From positions 55,437-119,436 of IMG/VR virus record IMGVR_UViG_3300033153_012477: DNA of 64,000 bases. One strand, written 5' to 3'. How positions within the stretch are numbered: position 1 is the first letter of the stretch; each line of letters opens with the position of its first letter. Below, in pieces: positions 17,781-27,322 of the stretch. Under the pieces are notes generated by a model, which searched no databases, was not told the origin of the DNA, and saw nothing but the letters and a program-made list of their open reading frames with translations. This DNA is from a virus. Lineage: Duplodnaviria; Heunggongvirae; Uroviricota; Caudoviricetes. Both the position numbers and the translations under genes were made by a program.

Positions 17781-18745
17781 ATACTATTAGACAGGGACAC
17801 GACGATAGATTCACAGAAGACTTCACCCGTATCTGTATACACTGGGATCTTCTTCTTATTTGCAACTACAAATGTTCATATTGTTATGCCAGAAACCCAA
17901 ACTTCTATAAGGATGGTTGGTTAAAACTTCCTAGATGGGAACAACAAGAATCAATAATTGAGTCCATAAGTAAATGTTCTCACCCCATGAACATAGGTCT
18001 GCTTGGAGGGGAACCTACCCTTTACCCACACTTTCATAAGCTAGTAGATAAACTACACCGAGAGTGTGGTCACAACAAGAAGCATGATGTTCCCAACTTC
18101 ATATATGTTGTAACTAACGGATCTCAACCTAGAGAGTGGTTTGAAAATCTCAAGAACTATGAAAACATGTCTTACCTATGGTCATTCCACCCCGAATTTG
18201 CAGAAGTAGAACCTTTTATAACTAATATTAAAGTTATGAGAGATAAAGGGTACGGTGCTAAAGTAAACCTTATTCTACACGCTTCTAAGTCACACAGAAA
18301 AAAGTTAGAACAAGCTTATCTCAGATGTAAAGAAGAAGGTTTTAAAGTTCACCCACACTTTCTCTATCAAGAAGATGCTAATAATCTGTGGCGATATAAT
18401 GATGACTTTTGGAAATGGGCTAAAGAGTGGTTTGGAGAAGAACACAGAGACCTTGAATTCCAAGAATATAAAGATGGTGAGGTTGTTAAACATTTATTTA
18501 ATGATTACGAAGTCTACTTTAATAAGATTAATTCTTTTAAAGGTTTTAATTGCATGAATAGTAATTACGAAATAAATGCAAACGGAAGAGTAATTATGTT
18601 CTGCACAGATAAGGTTTCATCTAATCTTAATGAGGATCCAGACTTTTTTGCTAGAGTAGGAATCAACACTATGAAGTGCCCACATAACTTTTGTAATTGT
18701 GATGGATTGCTTAAAATAAAAAAGTATAAGGATGGGTATGCTTAA
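17774..18745 (+). CDS. Radical SAM enzyme
   Basis: 'ICNYKCSYCYA' (CxxxCxxC), 'LLGGEPTL' and a C-terminal 'CPHNFCNCDG'. Confidence 0.7.
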   Translation: MLNTIRQGHDDRFTEDFTRICIHWDLLLICNYKCSYCYARNPNFYKDGWLKLPRWEQQESIIESISKCSHPMNIGLLGGEPTLYPHFHKLVDKLHRECGHNKKHDVPNFIYVVTNGSQPREWFENLKNYENMSYLWSFHPEFAEVEPFITNIKVMRDKGYGAKVNLILHASKSHRKKLEQAYLRCKEEGFKVHPHFLYQEDANNLWRYNDDFWKWAKEWFGEEHRDLEFQEYKDGEVVKHLFNDYEVYFNKINSFKGFNCMNSNYEINANGRVIMFCTDKVSSNLNEDPDFFARVGINTMKCPHNFCNCDGLLKIKKYKDGYA

Positions 18746-18935
18746 AATAACAGAAGAAGAAAAGAAACTTTTTTTTGAAGACATAACTCCTATTCGGAGA
18801 CAGTACAACTTCTTTATTGTAACTAAAGGATTTATTTTTGCTGAAGAATTTAAGAAAACTTATATAAGAGAGTATATCTTAAAAAATAAAGATAGACTAC
18901 TTAACTTGAGAGATAGGATATATGGATCTAAATAA
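18732..18935 (+). CDS. Small hypothetical protein
   Basis: 67-aa ORF bridging two operon genes. May be spurious. Confidence 0.25.
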   Translation: MGMLKITEEEKKLFFEDITPIRRQYNFFIVTKGFIFAEEFKKTYIREYILKNKDRLLNLRDRIYGSK

Positions 18936-19791
18936 GAAAATGCATTGGAATATCGCAGGTGGTTTCGTAAAGAGCGATATCATCCTGGATTATTTCACAA
19001 AAAATAACCTCTTTGATAGGTATGGTCATATTTCCGTTTATGATGGTCTAGAAAACTGTGTCTGGAATGGAGGGAGGCTTCATTCTTTTGTACCCTATAA
19101 AAAAGAAATTAAAGAAAGATACTATGACTTAGGATGGTCAATTAACTTAACTTTCACAAATCCTGTAATTGATTTAAATGATGAAAAAGGAAATTATCTT
19201 CTTGAGGAATTTCACAGAGATGGAAATAATATAATTTTAGTAAATGAAGAATTAAGAAAGTATATCAAAGAAAATTTTCCTAAATATAAACTGATACACT
19301 CAATAACTGCTTGTGGTGAGGTTCAAGGTTACCCCTTACGAGATGAAGATCTTGCTTTCTATAAAGACAAACTCGATAGGTATGATATGATTATCCCCCG
19401 ATGCGATAGCACCTTTGATCCTAGATTAAAGGAGTTGGATATAAGTCGTTTAGAAGTTTTGATAAGCGATACTTGTATTTTAAACTGCCCTTACTTTGGA
19501 GATCATTTTAAAAAAATTGCTAAACACAATGAGACGGGAAAGGATGCCTCGGAAGAACAATGGGAAGGAATCGGAGAGTGTTGGATTCCTAAAGATGAGT
19601 TTGATAAAAAAACAAAATTTGAAAAGAGGATGCTCGGAGATAAATATCCCTTTTATTTAAACTTTAGGCAAATTCAACAACTAGTTAAAGAAGGTTTTAG
19701 TATATTCAAGATGCAAGGAAGAGAAGCATCAGAAGAAGAATTCAGATATGATTTAGACAGATTTATGAAGGACTACAATGAAGAAAGGTAA
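18922..19791 (+). CDS. Hypothetical protein, paralog A of a duplicated family (with 26381-27322)
   Basis: Shares 'VYDG(L/I)..C.W.GGR', 'LTFTNPVIDLNDEKGNYLLEEFHRDGNNIILVNEELRKYIKENFPKYKLIHSITA' with 'IPLTNRNVDIADSLGNETLERFDRKGNRIILCDDNLRKHINKNYPNYETSYSITA'. Each paralog is followed by an rSAM gene. Confidence 0.5.
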   Translation: MDLNKKMHWNIAGGFVKSDIILDYFTKNNLFDRYGHISVYDGLENCVWNGGRLHSFVPYKKEIKERYYDLGWSINLTFTNPVIDLNDEKGNYLLEEFHRDGNNIILVNEELRKYIKENFPKYKLIHSITACGEVQGYPLRDEDLAFYKDKLDRYDMIIPRCDSTFDPRLKELDISRLEVLISDTCILNCPYFGDHFKKIAKHNETGKDASEEQWEGIGECWIPKDEFDKKTKFEKRMLGDKYPFYLNFRQIQQLVKEGFSIFKMQGREASEEEFRYDLDRFMKDYNEER

Positions 19792-21094
19792 AAGAGGATA
19801 TTTATCTATTACCAACGGAAAGCAAGAAGTTAAACGAGAATGGTTTAAAGAGTTTGACTTACCTGAAGAATATGAAGACGAGATGTATCTTGAAGAACAG
19901 CTAGTGTCCAAGCTTAGAACAAACCTGCAGATATCTTCATTGTGCAATGCACATTGTATCTTCTGCTGTAATGATATGGGTCCCCTACCTATCGAAAGAA
20001 GACCCTTCAGGACTATTGATAGCGTCCGTAGAGGGATTGAGTTAATGGATGGTTCTTACAGTAACACTATTGGTTTAAGACTCTTCAGGAGGCTGTCAGA
20101 AGGCGAAGCAATACTCCACCCCCAGCTTCTTCAGATTCTCTCAATGATTAGAGAAAAGTTCCCCGATCATATAATTGAAATTGAAACAAACGGCTCTACT
20201 CTTAAAGAAGGGTTTGTGAAGCTTTTAGCGGAGTATAAACCACTCAGCATCTGCATTTCCTATCACTCACACAATCCAAAACATTGGAGCAAAATACTTA
20301 ATCTTCCTGAAAAGTTACACCAATACCCTAGAGATGCTTTTGAGCTACTCCCAAAGTATGGGATTAATGTAGAACCTACCTTATCTCCCCTACCTAATCT
20401 GGTAGGTTGGGATGATATAGAGGAATCTATATCTTACATTAGTAAGCATAAAGATAGAATGGATATGAGTGGATCTTGCTTTAGCGGAGATGTTGATCTT
20501 GAAGTACAGGACTGGATGAAGATTGACTATCACGAACTTTCTGACTTTATTAGAAAAATGGAGAAGAAATATAATATAGTGATTAATTCTGATCCTGATG
20601 TCGGTAAAGATCTTGAATTCTACCCCAAATGGGTAATTATCAACACAATTCAGAAGAAATACAAAAACGTGGTGTGGTTAATTTCAGAGTGTGCTTATGA
20701 CCGAGCTAAAAAAATATTAAATAAAGAAGCGAGACTCTCTGCTAACAAGCACCACATTGAAATGGTTAAAAATATAAGTTATGGCGGTAATATAATAGTG
20801 TCAGGAATCCTCTTAACTTCAGATTTTAAAGAAGCTGGGATTAAGGCGATAGAGAAATTAAAAAATGATAATATAGAACCTGATCTTTTTATTATCCCAT
20901 CGGTGTGTTTTGATAAAAGAGGAGAAGACTTAGCGGGGATACCTTATAATACATTAGAAGATGATTTGAATGCTGACATTATGGTAGTAGCAGACCAAAG
21001 AGCCTATGACCCCAACCAAGGTAGTGAAAATAGCTCTCCTATTGAAAACCTTAAACGAAAGATGATGCAGACTTATGAACCTTACGATGATTAA
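19778..21094 (+). CDS. Radical SAM-like enzyme (438 aa)
   Basis: 'SSLCNAHCIFCCND' gives a CxxxCxxC motif. The call rests on the motif and on placement after paralog A, so it is less certain than the others. Confidence 0.55.
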   Translation: MKKGKRGYLSITNGKQEVKREWFKEFDLPEEYEDEMYLEEQLVSKLRTNLQISSLCNAHCIFCCNDMGPLPIERRPFRTIDSVRRGIELMDGSYSNTIGLRLFRRLSEGEAILHPQLLQILSMIREKFPDHIIEIETNGSTLKEGFVKLLAEYKPLSICISYHSHNPKHWSKILNLPEKLHQYPRDAFELLPKYGINVEPTLSPLPNLVGWDDIEESISYISKHKDRMDMSGSCFSGDVDLEVQDWMKIDYHELSDFIRKMEKKYNIVINSDPDVGKDLEFYPKWVIINTIQKKYKNVVWLISECAYDRAKKILNKEARLSANKHHIEMVKNISYGGNIIVSGILLTSDFKEAGIKAIEKLKNDNIEPDLFIIPSVCFDKRGEDLAGIPYNTLEDDLNADIMVVADQRAYDPNQGSENSSPIENLKRKMMQTYEPYDD

Positions 21095-21878
21095 TTTAAA
21101 AAAAGACATTTTAAAGATGTCATATATTGCAGGTGCAGGACACATAGCAAGCTCGCTTTCTATGATTGACTACCTGAACATTCTTTTCAAAGAGAAGTAT
21201 ATTGATTTATATACTGATAAAATTGTTATAGGGAAGCCCTTCGGAGCACAAGCATACTATGTTATTTTTTCAGATCTTGGTGTTTTCGATAGAAAAGAGT
21301 TATGGAACTTTGGAAAAACAGGACACATGCTTACTCACGGTATATCTGCTAATTTTCCAGGAATAGACTTTGCGGAAGAAACATTAGCAAGTTGTTTGGG
21401 AGTGGCTTGTGGGATGGCATTATCCTTAAAAAATAAAGAAAGTACTAAAAAAGTTTATGTCAATATTAGTGATGCGTCCCTGCAAGCAGGAACTGTATGG
21501 GAAGCAGCAATGTTTGCCTCAACACACAAATTAAATAACATAGTTATGACGGTCGATTATAATAAGCAGCAAATCTTATGTGACACCTTTGGTATGGAGA
21601 ACCTCTCAGAAAAGTTTGAATCCTTTGGTTGGCACGTTATACAAAGAGACGGTCACATCGAGTATGAGATTAGACAAGCCTATAATATGGCTTTTGATGA
21701 CGAGTATCCAACTGCTATGTTTAGGATTGATAAACCTACTGTAATACTCTTTGACACCGTGAAAGGAAAAGATGTTTTTTTCATGGAAAAGAATAGAGAT
21801 TGGCACTACAAGATGCTTACCAGAGAACAGTATTTAGAAGCGATATCTAGTTTAAATAGATTAAATAGTAGGAGATAG
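21075..21878 (+). CDS. Transketolase N-terminal (TPP-binding) subunit
   Basis: 'AGAGHIASSLSMIDYLNILF' (GH.GsSLS..D.L) and 'GHMLTHGISANFPGIDF...SCLGVACGMALS' match the split-transketolase TktA N-terminal section. Confidence 0.75.
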   Translation: MNLTMINLKKDILKMSYIAGAGHIASSLSMIDYLNILFKEKYIDLYTDKIVIGKPFGAQAYYVIFSDLGVFDRKELWNFGKTGHMLTHGISANFPGIDFAEETLASCLGVACGMALSLKNKESTKKVYVNISDASLQAGTVWEAAMFASTHKLNNIVMTVDYNKQQILCDTFGMENLSEKFESFGWHVIQRDGHIEYEIRQAYNMAFDDEYPTAMFRIDKPTVILFDTVKGKDVFFMEKNRDWHYKMLTREQYLEAISSLNRLNSRR

Positions 21879-21880
21879 CT

Positions 21881-22960
21881 ATGGAGTGGTCAGATTTTTA
21901 TAACTCGTTTAACTCATATAAAGTTTTAACACACTATGATAGATTGAAATCTATTGCAGATGGTAAATTTCCAGTTCCTTCTGTTGTTGATATTGATCCA
22001 ACAAATTATTGTAACCTCGATTGCTCTTACTGTGACTCTCAATACTTTAGAAAAAACAACAGTAAAGCTATGTCTGAAGAACATCTGTTAAACATTGTTA
22101 ACTTTATTTCTGAATGGGGAGTAAAAGCAGTTTGTGTTGGAGGAGGGGGCGAACCTTTAAGTAATCCTGCAACACCTAAATTATTAGAAGCTCTCTATGA
22201 GAATAACATAGAAATAGGTCTGATTAATAATGGTACTTTTTTAAGTAAAGACATAGCTGAAATTTTAAGCAGAACCGCTAGATGGGTTGGGGTAAGCTTT
22301 GAAGCAAGCAATGCTAAGACCTATGAGATAATGAAAGGAGCTAATGAGTTTGAAAAAGTTAGAAGAAATTTAAAGTATCTCAACAATATTAAGGGATCTT
22401 TGGAGGTAACTCTCAAGTATCTAATTCATCCTAATAATATCGACAATATTTATTCTACAGCGAAGATGGCGAAAGAAGACGGATATGATGCTATACATAT
22501 ACGCCCCGTAGGATTAGAAAATGTATTTGATAAAGACGGTAGAAATATGAGTGAAGATTTCAACATGTTAAAATATGCGGACGAGATCAACGAACAACTA
22601 GATTTAGCTAGGTCTTTAGAGACTAAACAATTTAAAGTATTTACCATTAAACACAAGTTTGGAGAAGATTTTGGAAAGATTATAAAATTTAACAAATGTA
22701 GAGCTACCCCCTTAAGTGGTGTCTTTGCTGCTGATGGTAATTTCTATATCTGTTTTACTAATAGAGGTAAAAAGAATTTTATTCTATGTGAACACTTTCC
22801 TAATCCAAAAGAGGTTCTAAAAAGCTGGGGAGGAGACAAGCATAAAGATATGATTGAGGACATCAACCCAGAAAAGTGTATGCGTTGTGCTTTCAATACT
22901 TATAATGAGGTTATTGAAAAAGTAGTTTTAGAAGATAACATGACTAGGAATTTTCTATGA
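21881..22960 (+). CDS. Radical SAM enzyme
   Basis: 'IDPTNYCNLDCSYCDS' (CxxxCxxC), 'CVGGGGEPL' and a C-terminal 'CMRCAF'. Confidence 0.7.
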   Translation: MEWSDFYNSFNSYKVLTHYDRLKSIADGKFPVPSVVDIDPTNYCNLDCSYCDSQYFRKNNSKAMSEEHLLNIVNFISEWGVKAVCVGGGGEPLSNPATPKLLEALYENNIEIGLINNGTFLSKDIAEILSRTARWVGVSFEASNAKTYEIMKGANEFEKVRRNLKYLNNIKGSLEVTLKYLIHPNNIDNIYSTAKMAKEDGYDAIHIRPVGLENVFDKDGRNMSEDFNMLKYADEINEQLDLARSLETKQFKVFTIKHKFGEDFGKIIKFNKCRATPLSGVFAADGNFYICFTNRGKKNFILCEHFPNPKEVLKSWGGDKHKDMIEDINPEKCMRCAFNTYNEVIEKVVLEDNMTRNFL

Positions 22961-23301
22961 AATACCCAATAGGTGATTTTTTAGACAGGTTATCAATACT
23001 TAGACTAAAAAAGGAACGATATAAAGTAAACGAACAACAAATATGCTCCTTTGAATTAGAATATCAGAAAGACCACACTAATCTAGAAGATTATTTAATT
23101 AAATTATACAAAATAAATAGCTCTATCTGGGATTTGGAATATGACATACGCATGGGTATAGAAAAAAATCTAGAAGTTATCGGAAGAAGAGCACTTGAGA
23201 TACGGGATCTAAACAACATTAGAGTATCTCTTGTGAATGAAGTTAATAGGGTAACCTGCTCTGGTTATTTAGAGGAAAGAAACTATGATAAGAGTGTATG
23301 A
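22957..23301 (+). CDS. Hypothetical protein
   Basis: 114-aa ORF. Its start overlaps the upstream stop. Confidence 0.4.
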   Translation: MKYPIGDFLDRLSILRLKKERYKVNEQQICSFELEYQKDHTNLEDYLIKLYKINSSIWDLEYDIRMGIEKNLEVIGRRALEIRDLNNIRVSLVNEVNRVTCSGYLEERNYDKSV

Positions 23302-24379
23302 TTTTGAAATATCTAATGAGTCCTTATTAAACGTAAAAGACTGTCTTGAAACAAGTTTTGTCTCAAGTGAAAGCCCTTATGTTTCTAAATTTGAAGAAAA
23401 ATTCTCAAGCTACGTTAATTGTGATTATGGTTGCACCACAAACAGTGGGACATCAGCTCTACATTTATCTTTAGAAGTCTTAGGAATCACAAAAGGAGAT
23501 GAGGTTATACTCCCCAACTATAGTGGAGTGTATGCGAGCATAGCTACCTTATTAGTTGGAGCAACTCCTATTTATGTGGATATCGACCACACTTGGACTA
23601 TAGATCCTTTAAAAATAGAATCAAAAATAACATCAAAAACAAAAGCAATAATACCCGTCCATATTAATGGGAATCCTTCAGATATGGATAAGATTAATCT
23701 TTTAGCTAAAAAATATAATCTATATGTTATTGAGGATGCTGCTCAAGCTATTGGGTCTACATATAGAAACAAAAAAGTAGGATCTTTGGGGGATATGGGT
23801 TGTTTCAGTTTCTTTGCTAATAAACTAGTTACCTCTGGAGAAGGGGGAATGCTGGTTACTAAAAAAGAAGAGTGGGCTGAAAGAGCGAAATACTTAGCGT
23901 CCATGTGCTACCCCAAGTATGATATAGTTAAATCATTTAATCACAAAGATTTGGGATTTAATTACAAAATGTCAGGGCTTTCGGCAGCTTTAGGATTAGG
24001 ACAATTCTCTAAATTGGATGATACCATCAAAATACACCAGGATGTATATAGAAGGTATCAAGAGTCTTTGAAGGATTATCTAGTTTTCCCAGAAGAACAA
24101 ACCAACGCAAGTATGATTCCTTGGATGCCTCTTGTTTATTCAGAATCAGTTAAAGGGGAGAGGGTGGTTGAGAATCTTTATCTTAAAGGTATTCAGAGTA
24201 GAACAGCTTACACCTCTAATAACAAGATGAAGGCTTTAGATAGCTACAGCGTTTCGGGAGATTACACTATTTCAGAAAAATTAGCTAAACATGGGTTTAT
24301 ACTGCCTTTAGGGTACCACTTAAAAGAAAGTCATTTTGAAAAAATAATAACAGAGGTGAAAAGAATAGTGAATGAGTAA
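23285..24379 (+). CDS. DegT/DnrJ/EryC1/StrS-family PLP-dependent sugar aminotransferase
   Basis: 'GSLGDMGCFSFFANKLVTSGEGGMLVT' is the family signature around the PLP-lysine. The N-terminal 'CTTNSGTSALHLSL' also fits. Confidence 0.8.
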   Translation: MIRVYDFEISNESLLNVKDCLETSFVSSESPYVSKFEEKFSSYVNCDYGCTTNSGTSALHLSLEVLGITKGDEVILPNYSGVYASIATLLVGATPIYVDIDHTWTIDPLKIESKITSKTKAIIPVHINGNPSDMDKINLLAKKYNLYVIEDAAQAIGSTYRNKKVGSLGDMGCFSFFANKLVTSGEGGMLVTKKEEWAERAKYLASMCYPKYDIVKSFNHKDLGFNYKMSGLSAALGLGQFSKLDDTIKIHQDVYRRYQESLKDYLVFPEEQTNASMIPWMPLVYSESVKGERVVENLYLKGIQSRTAYTSNNKMKALDSYSVSGDYTISEKLAKHGFILPLGYHLKESHFEKIITEVKRIVNE

Positions 24380-25127
24380 ACTAATTAAGATAACACACAG
24401 ATCGGGTATTGGAGAATTTTTTGAATTTCTTGAAAAAGTGTTTGATGTCTATTCAATTGAATGCAAAGTTGTCATAACAGAAACACCTATGGTGAATTAT
24501 CTTTTTTCTAAAGTTTTCGAATCGGACTCTATCTTATTTGATGACCATCCTAAGTATATGTTGCAAATAGGTGAATGCGAAGAGGAGATTTTTGTTCCAG
24601 AAGAACAATTTAGAGATAGACCTAGAGAGTATCATAGAAAGGTACTCTATACTGAGAATTTCACTAATTTACCAAAAGTTCTAAAGCTGAGAAAGGACTT
24701 TAAATGTAAAGCCAAGGAGATAATAGAGACCTTGGATATTGTGTCTAAGGTAGGAATACATTTGAGACATGACCCTCTTCATCCTGGAGATTCAGGTCCA
24801 TATCATTATTATAAAGTTAGAGAATCTTTAAAGAAAAAAGATAAATTAAATGTTTTTTTATGTTCTGATAATTATTTTTATAAAGAATTGATTACAAAAG
24901 ATTTCCCAATGTGGGATATAACGGAATATCCAAAACAGTACACCTACTCTAAAAAAGATTCTGTGGAACTGTACTCTAAATTTGATAATAAACATAAGAT
25001 GAGACATACCTATGAAGCCGTACTGGAGGCGACTATACTCTCTCAATGCAAGAGTCTTTACCTGAATCCAGTTAGCTCTTTTAGCAATATGACCCGTTTA
25101 TTTAAGGAACTTTATGATAAATGTTGA
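24372..25127 (+). CDS. Hypothetical protein
   Basis: 251-aa ORF in the operon. No motif. Confidence 0.45.
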   Translation: MSKLIKITHRSGIGEFFEFLEKVFDVYSIECKVVITETPMVNYLFSKVFESDSILFDDHPKYMLQIGECEEEIFVPEEQFRDRPREYHRKVLYTENFTNLPKVLKLRKDFKCKAKEIIETLDIVSKVGIHLRHDPLHPGDSGPYHYYKVRESLKKKDKLNVFLCSDNYFYKELITKDFPMWDITEYPKQYTYSKKDSVELYSKFDNKHKMRHTYEAVLEATILSQCKSLYLNPVSSFSNMTRLFKELYDKC

Positions 25128-25554
25128 ATTAGTTGAGAAGTATCATCAACATATTTACGATGGCAGGCAATTTGATAATATCTACGAAATAGATTATACC
25201 TCACATGATTTTATAGCAAATGGTATAAATAGAAAGGATGTGAACTCAAAGGGAAGTCCTAATTTTTGGACGTATGGAAGAATTGAAATTAGAAACTGTA
25301 TTTTTTTAGACAATGTAACCAACCCAACCACAATCTACACCCACTGGTTTAGTAATACTAAGACCAAAGATATATTTGAGATAGTATCACCATTTAAAGG
25401 GGAAGTTAGGTCTATCAAAGAAACAAAAGACGGGCAACTGATGTTGGTTACTTTAGACATACTTAAAATTGGTATAGATTGTATTGAGCATGAGGGATGC
25501 CAGCATAGAGAGTACGGCATAATAGATAGAATAGCTAAAGAGGTATCTGTATGA
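25114..25554 (+). CDS. Hypothetical protein
   Basis: 146-aa ORF in the operon. Confidence 0.4.
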   Translation: MINVELVEKYHQHIYDGRQFDNIYEIDYTSHDFIANGINRKDVNSKGSPNFWTYGRIEIRNCIFLDNVTNPTTIYTHWFSNTKTKDIFEIVSPFKGEVRSIKETKDGQLMLVTLDILKIGIDCIEHEGCQHREYGIIDRIAKEVSV

Positions 25555-26399
25555 GAAATATATTTGCTGATGAGATAGTACGATTAGCTGAAAGAGATGA
25601 GAGTGTCTACCTACTGGTCGGAGACTTAGGGTCCTTCCCAGAGTTTCAAAGAAGATTCCCAAAAAGGTTTATTAATCTAGGTATAGCAGAGTCTAACCAG
25701 GTATCTGTTGCAGCGGGACTAGCTCAAGATGGTTGTAAAGTTTTTTTATATTCTGTTGCGGGGTTTTGCATACACCGAGGATTTGAGCAGCTCAAGTTTG
25801 AAGTATGTCATTGGAATAAAAATATTGTTTTAGTTAATGCCTCTGCGGGTCTTTGTTACAATAGAGTGGGTGCAGGACACTATCTTATTGATGATCTTTC
25901 TCTAATGCAAACTCTTCCTGATGTAACTGTGTGTGCTCCTATAGACAAACCTGAGTTTAAAAAAATGCTATATGAAAGCTATGAAGCAGAGAGCATGTAT
26001 TATATCAGAACAGGGTTGGACAACTGTCCTGATGTTGAAAGAAGAGATGATTTTCTTCAATTTGAAGAGAGTAACAAAGTGACCGTTGTGTCTACGGGTG
26101 TTTTTTCTCCCGTTGCTCAAAGGATTTGCAAGGGTCTTCCTGTAGATGTGCTTCATGTCCCTTATATAAAAAAGATAGATACTAGATATCTCAAAGAAAA
26201 AGTATTTGTTATAGAAGACCACATTAGGTTTGGGGGGTTAGCGAGCTTACTCTCCAAAGAGCCTGAGCTGCATATATGCTTGCCAAATATAGTGAATAAG
26301 ACAGCACACACACGGAATGAGCTTCTAAGTATGTACGGTTTTGATGACTTAAGTCTTAAAAATAAAATTGAGGAAACTTTGTGTCAGATAGGAATATAA
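25551..26399 (+). CDS. Transketolase C-terminal (pyrimidine-binding) subunit
   Basis: 'LVGDLGSFPEF...RFINLGIAESNQVSVAAGLAQDGCKVFLYSVAGF' matches the transketolase central/C-terminal section (G.AEQ.mv..AaGLA..G..pf..tf..F). Confidence 0.7.
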   Translation: MRNIFADEIVRLAERDESVYLLVGDLGSFPEFQRRFPKRFINLGIAESNQVSVAAGLAQDGCKVFLYSVAGFCIHRGFEQLKFEVCHWNKNIVLVNASAGLCYNRVGAGHYLIDDLSLMQTLPDVTVCAPIDKPEFKKMLYESYEAESMYYIRTGLDNCPDVERRDDFLQFEESNKVTVVSTGVFSPVAQRICKGLPVDVLHVPYIKKIDTRYLKEKVFVIEDHIRFGGLASLLSKEPELHICLPNIVNKTAHTRNELLSMYGFDDLSLKNKIEETLCQIGI

Positions 26400-27322
26400 A
26401 AATTAAGTGGGAGATTGGAAGAGCTTTTCAGTTAAAGGATGACTTCTTTAAAGTTCTAGATTCGATGGATCCAAATATAAATTACGGAGAGCTAAACGTA
26501 TACGATGGCATAAGCATGTGTGCATGGAGTGGTGGTAGGTTTGTAACCAAGGAGAAGATGAGATATGAAAACATGGAAGAATTTTATAGTAGAGGTATTA
26601 ACATCAGTATCCCGCTTACCAATAGAAATGTGGATATTGCTGACAGTCTGGGTAACGAAACGCTAGAGAGATTCGATAGAAAAGGAAATAGAATTATTCT
26701 TTGTGATGACAATCTCAGAAAGCACATCAATAAGAACTACCCCAACTATGAAACATCTTATTCGATCACAGCTTCTTATGCTGATGAGATTCTCTGGACA
26801 CACAAGGGAGAGAAACTTTGGGACTATTATAAGCAAAAACTAGATGAATATGATATTGTAGTTATTCCCAAGGAGCTATTAGAACCTCCCTTATACCAAG
26901 ATATACACAACAAACTTGATGTAAGTAGGCTTGAGTTTGTAGTTGATAATGATTGCTATCTTTATTGTAAACCTATGGGACAAATGTATCGTTATTTAAG
27001 TATGCTAAACACTGTACCTCCTTTTGGAAAATTGTATGATCATATTTTTAATAAGACCTGTCTAAAACAATGCCACCTAGGTCCTGAAAATTTTAAATAC
27101 TGGTACGATAAAAAGAGGTTACAAGACTTTGCAGACGAGGGATTAGTTAGATTCAAAATTGCAAGGCATGAAGAGTACCCCACTGAGAGAACAGTACAAC
27201 AATGGGAAGGTTACTTATTAGATTATAACTTACCTGATGAAGACCCTGCATATTGGAATAGGTTCCACGATAGTGGAGAGTGTTACAACGAGACTTTAGA
27301 GAGGCACATAATAGATGATTGA
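26381..27322 (+). CDS. Hypothetical protein, paralog B (see 18922-19791)
   Basis: Clear paralogy to 18922-19791 across most of its length. Confidence 0.5.
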   Translation: MSDRNIKIKWEIGRAFQLKDDFFKVLDSMDPNINYGELNVYDGISMCAWSGGRFVTKEKMRYENMEEFYSRGINISIPLTNRNVDIADSLGNETLERFDRKGNRIILCDDNLRKHINKNYPNYETSYSITASYADEILWTHKGEKLWDYYKQKLDEYDIVVIPKELLEPPLYQDIHNKLDVSRLEFVVDNDCYLYCKPMGQMYRYLSMLNTVPPFGKLYDHIFNKTCLKQCHLGPENFKYWYDKKRLQDFADEGLVRFKIARHEEYPTERTVQQWEGYLLDYNLPDEDPAYWNRFHDSGECYNETLERHIIDD

